In this document: in pieces, positions 34,067 to 43,696 of the stretch | Numbering within the stretch: the stretch's first letter is position 1 | Layout: every line of letters begins with the position of its first letter | From: a virus | Taxonomy: Duplodnaviria; Caudoviricetes | Strand: one strand, 5' to 3' | IMG/VR virus record: IMGVR_UViG_3300020044_007012 | Location: 1 to 54,691 of that record | DNA length: 54,691 bases | Made by a program: the position numbers and the translations under genes | Notes under the pieces: generated by a model | The model's database searches: none | What the model saw: the letters and a program-made list of their open reading frames with translations, nothing else | Told to the model about the DNA's origin: nothing

Positions 34067-34900
34067 ATGAGCCAAGTCGCTGTCATCAACGAAGTCCGAA
34101 GCGCCATCGAGCGCATGTCCCCTCAGTTCAAAGCTGCCCTGCCAGCGCACGTCAGTGTTGACCGCTTTGTGCGCGTCACGCTGACCGCTGTGCAGACCAA
34201 CCCCAACCTGCTCAACGCTGATCGCCGCACGCTGTTTGCCGCCGCCACAAAGGCCGCGCAGATGGGTTTGCTGCCAGACGGCCGCGAGGGTGCAATCGTC
34301 ACCTTCAAAGACCAGGCGCAGTGGATGCCGATGGTCGCTGGCATCATGAAGCTGGTGCGCAACTCGGGCGAGATCAGCACCTGGTCGGTGCAGGCGGTCT
34401 ACGAAAACGACCAGTTTGATTTTTGCTTGGGCGATGAGGAGCACATCACGCACAAGCCGAACCTGGCCAACCGGGGCAAGCTGATCGCGGTCTACTCCAT
34501 CGTCACCATGAAGGACGGCGAGAAGTCACGCGAGGTCATGAGCGTCGAGGACGTGCTGGCGATCAAGGCACGCAGCCGCTCCGGCAGCTCTGGCCCCTGG
34601 GTGTCCGACTTTGCCGAGATGGCCAAGAAGACTGTCATCCGCCGCCACAGCAAGCGCCTGCCATTGAGCACCGACATTGACGGCGTGCTGAAAGAGGACG
34701 ACGAGCTGTTCATGCCGCCAGAGCAGGCCGCGCCAGAGGCCGCACAAGCCGCTGAAGCGCCCGCTGCAACCCGACGCCCCAGCCGCTTGCAAAAGGTTGC
34801 GGAACAGGCCCCAGAGCAAGCGCAGCACGCCGACGACGACGGTGTGATTGACATGCAGCAAACTGACGCGCCAACCGAAGAGCACGACAGCCCCATTTAA
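34067..34900 (+). CDS. recT: RecT single-strand annealing protein (277 aa)
   Basis: LP.H....RF.R, A.Q.GL.PDG, V.END.F, PW...F.EMAKKTVIRR..K.LP.S; acidic tail. Confidence 0.92.
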   Translation: MSQVAVINEVRSAIERMSPQFKAALPAHVSVDRFVRVTLTAVQTNPNLLNADRRTLFAAATKAAQMGLLPDGREGAIVTFKDQAQWMPMVAGIMKLVRNSGEISTWSVQAVYENDQFDFCLGDEEHITHKPNLANRGKLIAVYSIVTMKDGEKSREVMSVEDVLAIKARSRSGSSGPWVSDFAEMAKKTVIRRHSKRLPLSTDIDGVLKEDDELFMPPEQAAPEAAQAAEAPAATRRPSRLQKVAEQAPEQAQHADDDGVIDMQQTDAPTEEHDSPI

Positions 34901-34904
34901 TTTT

Positions 34905-34970
34905 TGGGCCGAAAGCGGATGCTGGCACGGGTGGCGTTCCTGCCACTGACAGACGCAGCGAGTAGGCCCA
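34905..34970 (+). ncRNA. Candidate structured RNA with a loop-E-like (GAA/AGUA) motif
   Basis: tgggcc-GAAA-gc...gc-GAGTA-ggccca enclosing hairpin ggtggc-gttcct-gccact. Confidence 0.45.
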
Positions 34971-34995
34971 CCCTTTTCACCAACAGGAGCCCTCC

Positions 34996-35202
34996 ATGGA
35001 ATACCGCATTTACCTCATCCGCGAAGTCGGCAGCGACACCATTCGCCTTGTGCGCGCAGGCAGCAAAGCCCAAGTGCTGCGCCACCTGGTCAAGGACCGC
35101 TTTGTGATTGAGAACCCCAGCACTGCTGACGTCGGCGATTATGTCGAGGCTGGTGTGCCCATCGAGCGCGTTGCCAACAACGACAACGCGGACGCTATCT
35201 AA
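34996..35202 (+). CDS. Hypothetical protein (68 aa)
   Basis: CAGGAG SD; RIY....RLV.A....A..H motif. Confidence 0.7.
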   Translation: MEYRIYLIREVGSDTIRLVRAGSKAQVLRHLVKDRFVIENPSTADVGDYVEAGVPIERVANNDNADAI

Positions 35203-35217
35203 ACCCCGGAGCCCACC

Positions 35218-35574
35218 ATGAGCGACAACAAACCATCCCCCATCAGCGTTGCAGCCGCAACAGACGTGTCCGAGTTCTTCACCGATCTGGACGGCGGTAT
35301 CTTTGAGCGCAAGCTCTCGATTGCCCTGTCCCAAGTGGCCGCTGCCTGCACCGACCACGACAAGGTCGGCGAGGTCAACATCAAGCTGTCCTTTTCCCAG
35401 ATTCCAGGTACCGGCCAGGTGCGTTGCGAGCACACGCTGAAATTTGTCAAACCCACGCTGGACGGCAAGTCTGGCGAAGAGGAAAAACGCGCCACCGTCC
35501 TGCACGTTGGCAAATACGGCGCTCTCTCGCTCGCTCAGCCTTCGCTGATGGGCAAGCAGGGCGAGCTGGTCTAA
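35218..35574 (+). CDS. YfdP-like protein (118 aa)
   Basis: TDV.EF..DLDGG.F..KL..ALS.VA; pairs with DUF2303. Confidence 0.65.
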   Translation: MSDNKPSPISVAAATDVSEFFTDLDGGIFERKLSIALSQVAAACTDHDKVGEVNIKLSFSQIPGTGQVRCEHTLKFVKPTLDGKSGEEEKRATVLHVGKYGALSLAQPSLMGKQGELV

Positions 35575-35583
35575 GGAGCCGAC

Positions 35584-36393
35584 ATGATCGACAAAGACGC
35601 CATCGAGGCCCTGCAACTGTCAGAGGCCATCACCGCCGCCAACAACAATGTCGGCGCATCTTTTGTGGCCGCGCTGCCAGAAAACTTCCGGCTGCATGAC
35701 CTGGAAAAACACCAGACCAATCGCCGCCGCGCCATCGGTGTGATGAAGACCAACGCGCTGCCAGACTTTGCCACCTACGTGGAAGCGCACGCTGAGATCG
35801 GAGCCACGGTGTTTGTCAACGCACAGGCCATGTCGGCAACGGCGGTCTTGAATCTTGGCGTTCCAGAAGAGCCAGGGCAGGCCGACAACCTGGCCGTGCT
35901 TGAGGCTCGCCGAACAGCCGCGTTTTCAGCCCTGCAGCACATCGCCAACGGTCAGCTACGCAGCCAGCAAGAGATCGCCGAGTTCATGGAGGACTGGCCC
36001 AGCATGGTGTCCTGCTTCAACGATGAGGGCATCATCCCAAACCCCAAAGCCATCGCCGCTGTTCGCAAGGTCACCATCGAGTCCATGCGCAAGATGGAGA
36101 ACACCGAGAAGCAGCACGCCGCCAGCCGCAGCGCTTTTGAAAGCGTCCAAGCGACCAGCACCGAGCCGCTGCCCACCCTGGTTTACTTCGAAACCGTGCC
36201 TTACCACGGCCTGGCATCGCGCTTGTTTGTGCTGCGCCTTGGCGTGCGCACAAGCGGCGACAAACCCACCATCACTCTGCGTGTCCAGAATCTGGAGCAG
36301 CACGAAGAGGAAATGGCAAACGAGCTGGCCGATCTGGTTCGCTCAACTGTGAAAACCACCCCTGTGCTTTTGGGCACATACCAGCCTAAGTAA
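35584..36393 (+). CDS. DUF2303 (YfdQ-like) protein (269 aa)
   Basis: DLEK...R.R..G.M.T...F..Y, Q...AEF.EDW, PY.GL..R. Confidence 0.8.
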   Translation: MIDKDAIEALQLSEAITAANNNVGASFVAALPENFRLHDLEKHQTNRRRAIGVMKTNALPDFATYVEAHAEIGATVFVNAQAMSATAVLNLGVPEEPGQADNLAVLEARRTAAFSALQHIANGQLRSQQEIAEFMEDWPSMVSCFNDEGIIPNPKAIAAVRKVTIESMRKMENTEKQHAASRSAFESVQATSTEPLPTLVYFETVPYHGLASRLFVLRLGVRTSGDKPTITLRVQNLEQHEEEMANELADLVRSTVKTTPVLLGTYQPK

Positions 36394-36400
36394 GAAAACC

Positions 36401-36601
36401 ATGAACGAACAAACCATCACCCTCAAGCTGTCCGTCAGCGAGTTCAACTTCCTGCACGCAATTCTTGGCGACCTGCCCACCAAGACCAACGCCTGGGTGC
36501 TCTTGAACAACCTGGAGACGCAGGCCAAAGCACAAGCTGAGGCGCAAAACATCCCCGTGGTGAACCCCGCTGCAGAGACAGCCCCAGCAGCCGCTGAATA
36601 A
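36401..36601 (+). CDS. Hypothetical protein (66 aa)
   Basis: In operon. Confidence 0.65.
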   Translation: MNEQTITLKLSVSEFNFLHAILGDLPTKTNAWVLLNNLETQAKAQAEAQNIPVVNPAAETAPAAAE

Positions 36602-36645
36602 CGTGAACAAGGGCCGCCTTCGGGCGGTCCGCAAGGAGTACCCGC

Positions 36646-36855
36646 ATGGAGAAGTTTGAAAACCAGATGCTGACGCCGCAGGAGGTCTCCCAGTTGATCA
36701 AGATTTCGGTTGGCACGCTGGAAAACTGGCGCATGGCAGGCAAGGGCCCCAAATTCATCAAGCTCGGTGGCGGCCCCAAGGGACACATCCGCTACCGGCT
36801 GCAAGACGTTGAGGACTGGATGTTTGAGGACGCAAAAACAGGAGAACAGAAATGA
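36646..36855 (+). CDS. Excisionase/AlpA-type HTH (HTH_17) protein (69 aa)
   Basis: LTPQEV...IS.GTL.NWR..G.GP.FIK.G...IRY...DV..W. Confidence 0.85.
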   Translation: MEKFENQMLTPQEVSQLIKISVGTLENWRMAGKGPKFIKLGGGPKGHIRYRLQDVEDWMFEDAKTGEQK

Positions 36856-37181
36856 GTATTCCACCCACAACAAATACCCCCCCCACATTCCAAAAAGCTG
36901 GCGATCATTTTGACCCTTACGCCAGCGAGGCTGACACCGCAGAGCTGTTGCGCATCGGCAAGATGCCAGAGGCCTTGCGCCTGGCCGACATGCTGGAGAG
37001 AGAAATGCAGCACCCAGGGCACGGCAGAGCCGCCGACTGCCTGCGCAAAATGTATATGTTGTTTCAACACTGCGAAAACGAGATGCGTTACGCAGGGTGG
37101 GACAAGCGTGAAGCTGACAACTACGTGAGAAACGATGTGTACGAAGAGGTCAAAAAATGCCTGGGAAACAGAAATGACTGA
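36852..37181 (+). CDS. Hypothetical protein (109 aa)
   Basis: AGGAG SD; ATGA coupling. Confidence 0.6.
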   Translation: MSIPPTTNTPPTFQKAGDHFDPYASEADTAELLRIGKMPEALRLADMLEREMQHPGHGRAADCLRKMYMLFQHCENEMRYAGWDKREADNYVRNDVYEEVKKCLGNRND

Positions 37182-37289
37182 CGCCCAGTTTCTTTGGCTG
37201 ACCAGCAACGTGTTCTTGGCTGCTTGGATCGGCAAGCACTGGATGAATGGCATTTTGTTTGCAACCTATGCAATTTTTGCCCTGCTGAA

Positions 37290-37529
37290 ATGAACCAGTC
37301 CCGCACCGCATCGCTGATCGAGTCCGTGTTCAACGTGGTGATCGGCTACGGCGTGGCGCTGGCCAGCCAGCTTGCAATTTTTCCGATGTTTGGCATTCAC
37401 CTGCCGCTGTCGGATAACCTGGCCATTGGGGCTTGGTTCACCATCATCAGCCTGGTGCGCAGCTATGCGATCAGGCGCTGGTTCAACGCGCGGCTGCACA
37501 GAGCCGCCCAAAAGATCGCCGGACTATGA
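37290..37529 (+). CDS. Small membrane protein, DUF7220-like (79 aa)
   Basis: QSR..S.IE...NV.IGY...FT.ISLVRSY.IRRWFN. Confidence 0.7.
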   Translation: MNQSRTASLIESVFNVVIGYGVALASQLAIFPMFGIHLPLSDNLAIGAWFTIISLVRSYAIRRWFNARLHRAAQKIAGL

Positions 37530-38047
37530 AAAAACGCAAGCCTCAAAAAACGGTCTACGTCTACCGCTACACACTCTTTGACGTCATGCTGGCCAGCCCC
37601 AGCGAACCGCTGGCAGAGCACCTGCGCAGACACCAGCTCACGCGCATGCACCAGGGCCTTGAGGCCATGGAGAAGGCCCCAGCGCCCACCACTGAAGACT
37701 GGCGCGTGGTCAGCGACGCGGTGAACCTCATGGAAACGCTGGTCAACAACGGTCCGTGGTTTGACTGCGATGGCGACCCCGTCGAAATCACCGACGCATC
37801 TGGTCTGCTGCCGGACGCAGTGACGGCCATGGCCATGGCAGGCAAACGCCACAAAAATGGCGGCAACATCCGCTTGGACGGCGCAGGCATCCAGGCTGTG
37901 CGTGGTGTGTTGGCCGATTACGGCGACCTGCTCGAAGCCCTGCCAGCCAGGACCATGATCAAGGCGCACCGGGAAACCGAGCGGCGCATTCACGAAATAC
38001 TGGCGGGCAAGAAAAAGCCGCACGATGTTGAAGTAATGGATTTGTAA
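37526..38047 (+). CDS. Hypothetical protein (173 aa)
   Basis: ATGA coupling. Confidence 0.65.
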   Translation: MKKRKPQKTVYVYRYTLFDVMLASPSEPLAEHLRRHQLTRMHQGLEAMEKAPAPTTEDWRVVSDAVNLMETLVNNGPWFDCDGDPVEITDASGLLPDAVTAMAMAGKRHKNGGNIRLDGAGIQAVRGVLADYGDLLEALPARTMIKAHRETERRIHEILAGKKKPHDVEVMDL

Positions 38048-38057
38048 AGGAAACGCC

Positions 38058-38324
38058 ATGAGCCCAGAAGAAATGCAACTCGACATGCTGGTCGCTGAGC
38101 TGGACTACGAGAACCGCCTGCTGCGGGCGCGCAATGAGCGTCTTACCACCGAAAATGAAGCGCTGGAAAAGCGGGTCAAGGAGCTGCAAGACAGGCTGGC
38201 ACCGCAAGCCGTCACCGAATCAGACGACCCATGCCCCGGCTGCCCTAAAGGACGCGCCTGTCGATCACCAAAATGCGGTCGGCTCGACCTGCCAGAAAAC
38301 CACCCGTACCGTGTCGGCAACTGA
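38058..38324 (+). CDS. Coiled-coil protein with Cys cluster (88 aa)
   Basis: AAGGA SD. Confidence 0.6.
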   Translation: MSPEEMQLDMLVAELDYENRLLRARNERLTTENEALEKRVKELQDRLAPQAVTESDDPCPGCPKGRACRSPKCGRLDLPENHPYRVGN

Positions 38325-38500
38325 AACCCCCTGGCCGTACATCCGAGCCCTGCTTGGCCCGGGGCTGCACTGGTCGAAGTCGCCCGCCAGCGTCCAGGCG
38401 GCGATCGAGCGGGCCGAGCGCGAAGGCCAGCGCGCAGCGGCTGATCACCTGCGCATCATCTTGGAGCGGATCCACGTTGTCGGCTTCATCACCCCAGAAG

Positions 38501-38528
38501 AAAAAACCCCGCCGGGTTAGGGCGGGGT
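38501..38528 (-). terminator. Rho-independent terminator at the convergence of the early and late units
   Basis: Stem accccgcc/ggcggggt with a T-tract on the minus strand. Confidence 0.75.
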
Positions 38529-38555
38529 AAGGTTCCCAACAGGAACAGGAGACAA

Positions 38556-40571
38556 TCATTCGAGCGAGTCGGGGAGTTGCCCCCGGGGTGTGTTCATCTT
38601 TCTCCACTCTCGGTCCAGATCGCTTTCGCCATCGGGCACATCGGGTGTCGCAGGCAGCGCGGCCTCGATGTCGCCAGAGGTGTCACTCTCGACGGCCGGT
38701 GGGTTGAAGATCGAGGTCGTGGTTCCCATCACAGCGCCAGCCTCGCCAGCCGTTGCCTTGACCGCCTTGGGCACCTGGCCAGCGGCGTAATCCTCGAGGA
38801 ACTTCACCACAGAGGCCACCTCGGCCGGGTTCTTGGCCATCAGCATGTCGGCCAGCTTGTCGGCCACCTGCGGGGTGATCGTGGCGCTGTTGGCAAAGCG
38901 CGTGGCCAGACCGGACAGCGCGCCGCTGAAGTTGCCAAAGGCCCCTTGGACCATAGCTTGGCCAACGCCCTGGCTTTCATCCAAACCCTCGGCCATGGCC
39001 TGACGCTTGGCAGTTTGCGAGCCGCCCAAGATTTTGTTGGCCTGCTGGAACAACTGGGCCTCGCGCTCCAAGGCCGCCTTGAACAAACGGAAGTGGGCTG
39101 GGTCGTCGAACAGGGGCTGGAGCTTGGCCGTTGTCTCGGGCGAGTTGATGATTCTGTTGGCCGCGTTGAAGTTCGTCGACGGGTCCATGATGGTGCCGTA
39201 CAGATTGCGCGCAACACCCGTGCGGAAGGCTTCTTTCTCGGCGTTGCCCATGCCGGACACCAGCTTGATCACCTGCTCGTGGTCCAGCTTGCCAAAGTCG
39301 CTCATACCGGCGCGCATCGCATCGATCACCTCCATGTCGCCCGCGTAGGCCTTGCGGGCGTCGCGGTACGCTGGGACGTTCTCGTCGATGGCGTTCACAA
39401 ACACCTTGCGCAGGTCGCGCAATGCGCTGGCCTCTGTTTTGGACAAGCCCTTGCCCGCAAATCCGGACTCGATGGTGGCGTCAATGCCGCGCTTGATGTA
39501 GTCCAGCGTGCGCACATCGGGCAGTCGGGTCAGCTCCAAGACCTCGGCACCGCTTTCGGTGAACTTGCCCGATGGCTTGTAAATCTCAGGCAGTGCAAAC
39601 TTTGACGGGTCCTCGCCGCGCAGTTTTGCAGCCATGGCCTCAGTGTCAGCGATGCTGCGGGCCTTCTGGAAAAACTGCTGGAACTGCGGGTTCTTGAGCG
39701 CCTCAACGATACGGGGGTCATCCACATCGCCGTGGGCATAAGCGTCGTCGTAAACGGTCTGAGCCCGGCTGCGCAGCTCTTTGACCAGATTGGCCTCGTC
39801 GGTGTAATAGTCGCCAGGCTGCAAGCCTTTGGAGACCTGCTGGTATGTGCGCTCGCGTGCACCGGTTTTCTGCTGCGTGAGGGTTTTTTCCACCTTGCGC
39901 GTGCCCTTGCCGGTGCGTTGCGCCACGGCCTCAGCCAAGTCGGCCATGGCCCCGTCCACGTTGGCCAGGGTGCTGGGCACATTCATGGCACGGTCCTTGG
40001 CCATCATCTGCTCGATCTGCTGTGGCGTCAGGTCAGACTCACGCATGGCCCGGGTCATCTTCTCGCCAGCCCGCGAGGCAATGGTTGCCTCTGTGGGGGC
40101 CAATCGATCACGCAGCCATTGGCCAGCGCTTTTGGTGCTGCGCAGCACAACGGGTGCGCCACCGCCAATGATCGTGCCCAGCGTGCCGCCAACGACGGCC
40201 CCTGTGCCCCGCTCGCCCTCTGTGGCTGACCCAGCGCCAGACACCGCACCAGTGGCCCCACCAAGGGCTGCCAGACGGCCGAGAGCGCCAACGGTGGAGC
40301 GTTGCGCCTGAGCAACAGCGGCAGGCTGAGCGCCAGGAATAAACATCATCCCGACGGCGGGAGCCATGCCACCGGCGAACTCAGCAGCCATTGCCGTTGC
40401 TGGGTTCTCGCGTGCGTACTGAGCATACTCTTGGCGAATCTGCTGCAGCGCTTGCTCATAGGGCCTGCCGCCGAGCTTTGAGCGCAGCCAGGCCTCGCCC
40501 TCGTCGCCCCAGCCCATGCCAAGGCCCTGGCCCAAAAAGGCGCGGGCGGTGTTCGTGATGCCGTCAGCCAT
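38556..40571 (-). CDS. Putative DNA-ejection/internal virion protein (671 aa)
   Basis: GQG..GWGDE..A N-terminus, Ala/Gly-rich, helical; last gene of the virion operon. Confidence 0.6.
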   Translation of the reverse strand: MADGITNTARAFLGQGLGMGWGDEGEAWLRSKLGGRPYEQALQQIRQEYAQYARENPATAMAAEFAGGMAPAVGMMFIPGAQPAAVAQAQRSTVGALGRLAALGGATGAVSGAGSATEGERGTGAVVGGTLGTIIGGGAPVVLRSTKSAGQWLRDRLAPTEATIASRAGEKMTRAMRESDLTPQQIEQMMAKDRAMNVPSTLANVDGAMADLAEAVAQRTGKGTRKVEKTLTQQKTGARERTYQQVSKGLQPGDYYTDEANLVKELRSRAQTVYDDAYAHGDVDDPRIVEALKNPQFQQFFQKARSIADTEAMAAKLRGEDPSKFALPEIYKPSGKFTESGAEVLELTRLPDVRTLDYIKRGIDATIESGFAGKGLSKTEASALRDLRKVFVNAIDENVPAYRDARKAYAGDMEVIDAMRAGMSDFGKLDHEQVIKLVSGMGNAEKEAFRTGVARNLYGTIMDPSTNFNAANRIINSPETTAKLQPLFDDPAHFRLFKAALEREAQLFQQANKILGGSQTAKRQAMAEGLDESQGVGQAMVQGAFGNFSGALSGLATRFANSATITPQVADKLADMLMAKNPAEVASVVKFLEDYAAGQVPKAVKATAGEAGAVMGTTTSIFNPPAVESDTSGDIEAALPATPDVPDGESDLDREWRKMNTPRGQLPDSLE

Positions 40572-42808
40572 TACTCAAGCCCTCCCATGGGGTTTGTTTC
40601 ACGATACAGACCCTGGTTGATCTCGTTCAAGCGCTTTTGTTGCTTCTCAAAACCGCGCTGCAAGGCACCGTAGGCGTTGAGCATGATGCGCCTGCGTTCT
40701 TCTTGGTTCTTGGACTTCGCGCCGGAGACCATGGACAACAGCTTGATGTCCGAGTCGGACAAAACGCCCTTCATCTTCTCGGCCGCCGAGCTGATCATTT
40801 GATCGGTGAGCAGGTTTTCCAGCTCTTGCGTGTTCACCAACACAGGGTCCTTGGAGCCAGAGGCCTCCAGTGCCAAGCGGGTACCTTTGTCCACCAGCGA
40901 TCCGCCCATGCTGTTTTTGTTGAGGTCGAAGGCGCGCTTCAAGATGCCCATGGACCCCTTGAGGCTGTTGAGCGAGTCCTCGGTTTCGGATTTGATTTTC
41001 AACTCCGGCCCGGTCAGCTTGGAGGCTTGGTCCTGCTGGAAGCCAAACTTCTGTTGAGCTAGGGCAAGGTTGGCTTGCGCGACGGACATATTGGCCAAGG
41101 TCGCGTTGACCCTGGACATTTGCGTCTCGACGTTGTTCTCGGCGATCTTCTTCACCCGGGTTTGGTACTCGGGTGTTCCGGGCCGGAGGCCTTCGTCCTT
41201 GGCTTGCTTGCCCGCTGCGGACTCAGGCTCGCCGGACTTGATGTATTGCTCGAGCAGCTTGGTGGCTACCGCGCGCTTGTCTTTCATCTCCTCACCGGCC
41301 AGGGTGCGCAGCGTGTTGAGGTCTTCCTTAGCTCCGGTCATGCGGAGCTCCTGGCCCTTTAAGGCGAGCTGGAGCTTGCTGTTTCGTGAGGCTTTCTCAG
41401 CGTCGCGCACGTCCTTCTGGTACTCGCCCATGGCTTTGCCCGCCGCGCCCAGGCTCTCCCCAAAACTGCCCGTGCGGGTAGGTGTGCCGAACGCTGCCGC
41501 CAGCCGGAAGTACATCTCCGCTTTTGACGGGGCCGACTCGCCGCCCTGGGTCATAGCGCCTTCAATCATCTTTGCGAACTTCTCAGACTCCGCCGAAGCG
41601 GCTGTGCGCGCGGCCTTCAGCTCGGTGCCGTACATTGAGCCCTCTGGGCCCCCCTGATACCGGGCAAGCATTTGCTCAAGCCCCGCAGGCATTCCCGCAG
41701 GTGCGCCCGCAGCCGGGGCTTGAGCTCCGGCGACAGGAGCGGGGGCGGGTTGTTGCGCCATGAGGGGGTCCGCGCTCACCGCCGGAGTCGGCAGTGCGGC
41801 CTCTTCAGCGGAAAGCTCATATTTGTCGGTCAGGTCGTTCAGGCCGCCGGTTTGAAATTTACGACGCACCGCGCCGCCGCGAGCGAGACCTTCACCCGCG
41901 CCAATACCGCCCCCGCCGTCACCCGCGCCCACGCCCCCTGAGGAAGCGCCAGAAGAGTCTCCGCCCACGCTACCTACACCCATACCGTCCGCACCAACGC
42001 CATCAGCGGCAGCCACGCCAGCAGCGGCGGCTGAGGCGGCATCCGAAGCCGCATCCATACCGTTGATACCTTCGGTGCTACCCACGCCGATACCCGAGGC
42101 GGAACCCGGCCCGGTGGTGCCACCCATGGCGCTCGCACCCATTGAGGTCGGCCCCATGTCCACGACGCTGATAGCGTCCTGTTGGGCTTGGGTGTTGGGG
42201 GTGCTCATCGCGTTGGCGACCGCGCCCAGCGCGGCCTGGCCCATCAAGCCCAGCGCGCCCAAGGTGCCGAACCCGCCCGTGGTGGTTACTCCGCCGTTGC
42301 CGGTTGAAACGCCGTCACCGCCCACACCCCCGGCGTCTTGAAGAGATGTGCGCTCGCCCGCAGCGTTGGTGCCAAGCGTTGAGCCCATATACGCCAACGG
42401 GGCCAGCGGGGTGAAGTCCGGTTTAGGAATGTCACTCACCTGGATCATGTCAGGGTTGCCGCCTTGATAGCCAAACTGAGATTGGTTGTACATGCCGCCC
42501 GCTTTGATTGCAGCCTCGTGCAGCGCGGCGGCCTGCTCAGCGCGGGCTTTCTCCGCCAGGTACCGGGGCATGTCCTCGTTGTACTTGGCGATCAGGGCGT
42601 TGTAGTCATTGACCTGCTGCTCATAAGAAGGAGCAGCCGCCCCCTGAGGGCCTAAAGCACTCTTTAAGCTCCCAAAAGACATCGGCGCGGCGGCGGGCTG
42701 CTCCGAGTAAACCGGAGCGACCGGGGCCACCGGAGCCATGCCGCCGTAAACCGCCGACGGGGTTGCTACCCCGTACTGCGCCATGATTCTGTCAAGTTCG
42801 TAACCCAT
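40571..42808 (-). CDS. Putative DNA-ejection/internal virion protein (745 aa)
   Basis: Low-complexity Gly/Ala/Ser linker, LARGG/FQTGG motifs, coiled coil, G.LSD.D motif. Confidence 0.6.
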   Translation of the reverse strand: MGYELDRIMAQYGVATPSAVYGGMAPVAPVAPVYSEQPAAAPMSFGSLKSALGPQGAAAPSYEQQVNDYNALIAKYNEDMPRYLAEKARAEQAAALHEAAIKAGGMYNQSQFGYQGGNPDMIQVSDIPKPDFTPLAPLAYMGSTLGTNAAGERTSLQDAGGVGGDGVSTGNGGVTTTGGFGTLGALGLMGQAALGAVANAMSTPNTQAQQDAISVVDMGPTSMGASAMGGTTGPGSASGIGVGSTEGINGMDAASDAASAAAAGVAAADGVGADGMGVGSVGGDSSGASSGGVGAGDGGGGIGAGEGLARGGAVRRKFQTGGLNDLTDKYELSAEEAALPTPAVSADPLMAQQPAPAPVAGAQAPAAGAPAGMPAGLEQMLARYQGGPEGSMYGTELKAARTAASAESEKFAKMIEGAMTQGGESAPSKAEMYFRLAAAFGTPTRTGSFGESLGAAGKAMGEYQKDVRDAEKASRNSKLQLALKGQELRMTGAKEDLNTLRTLAGEEMKDKRAVATKLLEQYIKSGEPESAAGKQAKDEGLRPGTPEYQTRVKKIAENNVETQMSRVNATLANMSVAQANLALAQQKFGFQQDQASKLTGPELKIKSETEDSLNSLKGSMGILKRAFDLNKNSMGGSLVDKGTRLALEASGSKDPVLVNTQELENLLTDQMISSAAEKMKGVLSDSDIKLLSMVSGAKSKNQEERRRIMLNAYGALQRGFEKQQKRLNEINQGLYRETNPMGGLE

Positions 42809-42820
42809 GTCTGTTCCTTT

Positions 42821-43696
42821 TTAGCTGGTCAGGCCCTTGTACGTGTACAACCCGGTGGCGAGCTGTGACAGAGGGGAAGCCGAGTACGTAGCGCCCGTGG
42901 TGCTGCCCGACTGCGTGGTGCTGGTCGGGGTGATAGGGGCCATGCCGCGCACCTGCGTGCTGAGCCAGTCGAGCTGCTGCCGGGGGTAGAGCTGTTGCTC
43001 CATGTAGGCGTTCTTGGCAGCGTTGAGCTGGGCTTGCATTTGGGCCTGCTGGCTGGCTCCGGCAGACTCAAGCGCGGCGACGTCAGCGGTGTTCATGGCC
43101 TGGCCGGTGCGGGAAATGTCAGCCAGTTGCGTGAGCGCGCCCTGTCGGCGGGCGAGGTCGGCCTGGCTTGCGCCCAGTGCCTGCCCGTAGCCCGCCTGGG
43201 CGAGCTGAGCCTGCTGGTTCATGATGGTCTCATTCGTGTCGCGCAGCGCCCGAGCACCGAACTCCCCCATGCGCGTGCCCCCGAACCCGCCCGCGCGGAT
43301 GAACGAATCCTGAACGGCGGGCAGCAGGTCCTCGGACAAGTTTCGAGCACCTCGTTTTGCCATGACGTCCATCACCTGCGACTGGTACGGGTTCATGTAC
43401 TGGTTGACGTTTTGCACCGAGGTGGTATCGGCCAGGTTCTGAGTCCCAGCCTGAGCGGTTTGAATTCCAGGCTGCCATACGCCTTGATTGGTTTGAATCT
43501 TTTGGTAGGCCTGTTGCTGCAGCGGCGACAACTCTGCCACGGTGGGCATGTTGTAAGGCTGGAACGGAGTGTTGGCAACGTTGGTGGCGAGCTGGATCTG
43601 GTTGTAGATCGCATCCTGCATCCACTTGGGGGTCTCGGTGGATGAGGTGGTGTAACTTGTCGCCGTTTGTGGCGAACCTTGAAAAAGACTGCCCAT
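42821..43696 (-). CDS. Putative DNA-ejection/pilot protein (291 aa)
   Basis: Gln-rich; YMNPY, AGGFGG.R motifs. Confidence 0.6.
   Translation of the reverse strand: MGSLFQGSPQTATSYTTSSTETPKWMQDAIYNQIQLATNVANTPFQPYNMPTVAELSPLQQQAYQKIQTNQGVWQPGIQTAQAGTQNLADTTSVQNVNQYMNPYQSQVMDVMAKRGARNLSEDLLPAVQDSFIRAGGFGGTRMGEFGARALRDTNETIMNQQAQLAQAGYGQALGASQADLARRQGALTQLADISRTGQAMNTADVAALESAGASQQAQMQAQLNAAKNAYMEQQLYPRQQLDWLSTQVRGMAPITPTSTTQSGSTTGATYSASPLSQLATGLYTYKGLTS

Noticed and set aside
36611-36630. C(UUCG)G hairpin as a terminator
   Set aside because: No T-tract follows; it is more likely a stabilising hairpin before the HTH gene and was not called
41880-42340. Gly/Ala/Ser-rich low-complexity stretch as a repeat element or collagen-like domain
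   Set aside because: There is no regular Gly-X-Y or DNA periodicity; it is best explained as a flexible linker
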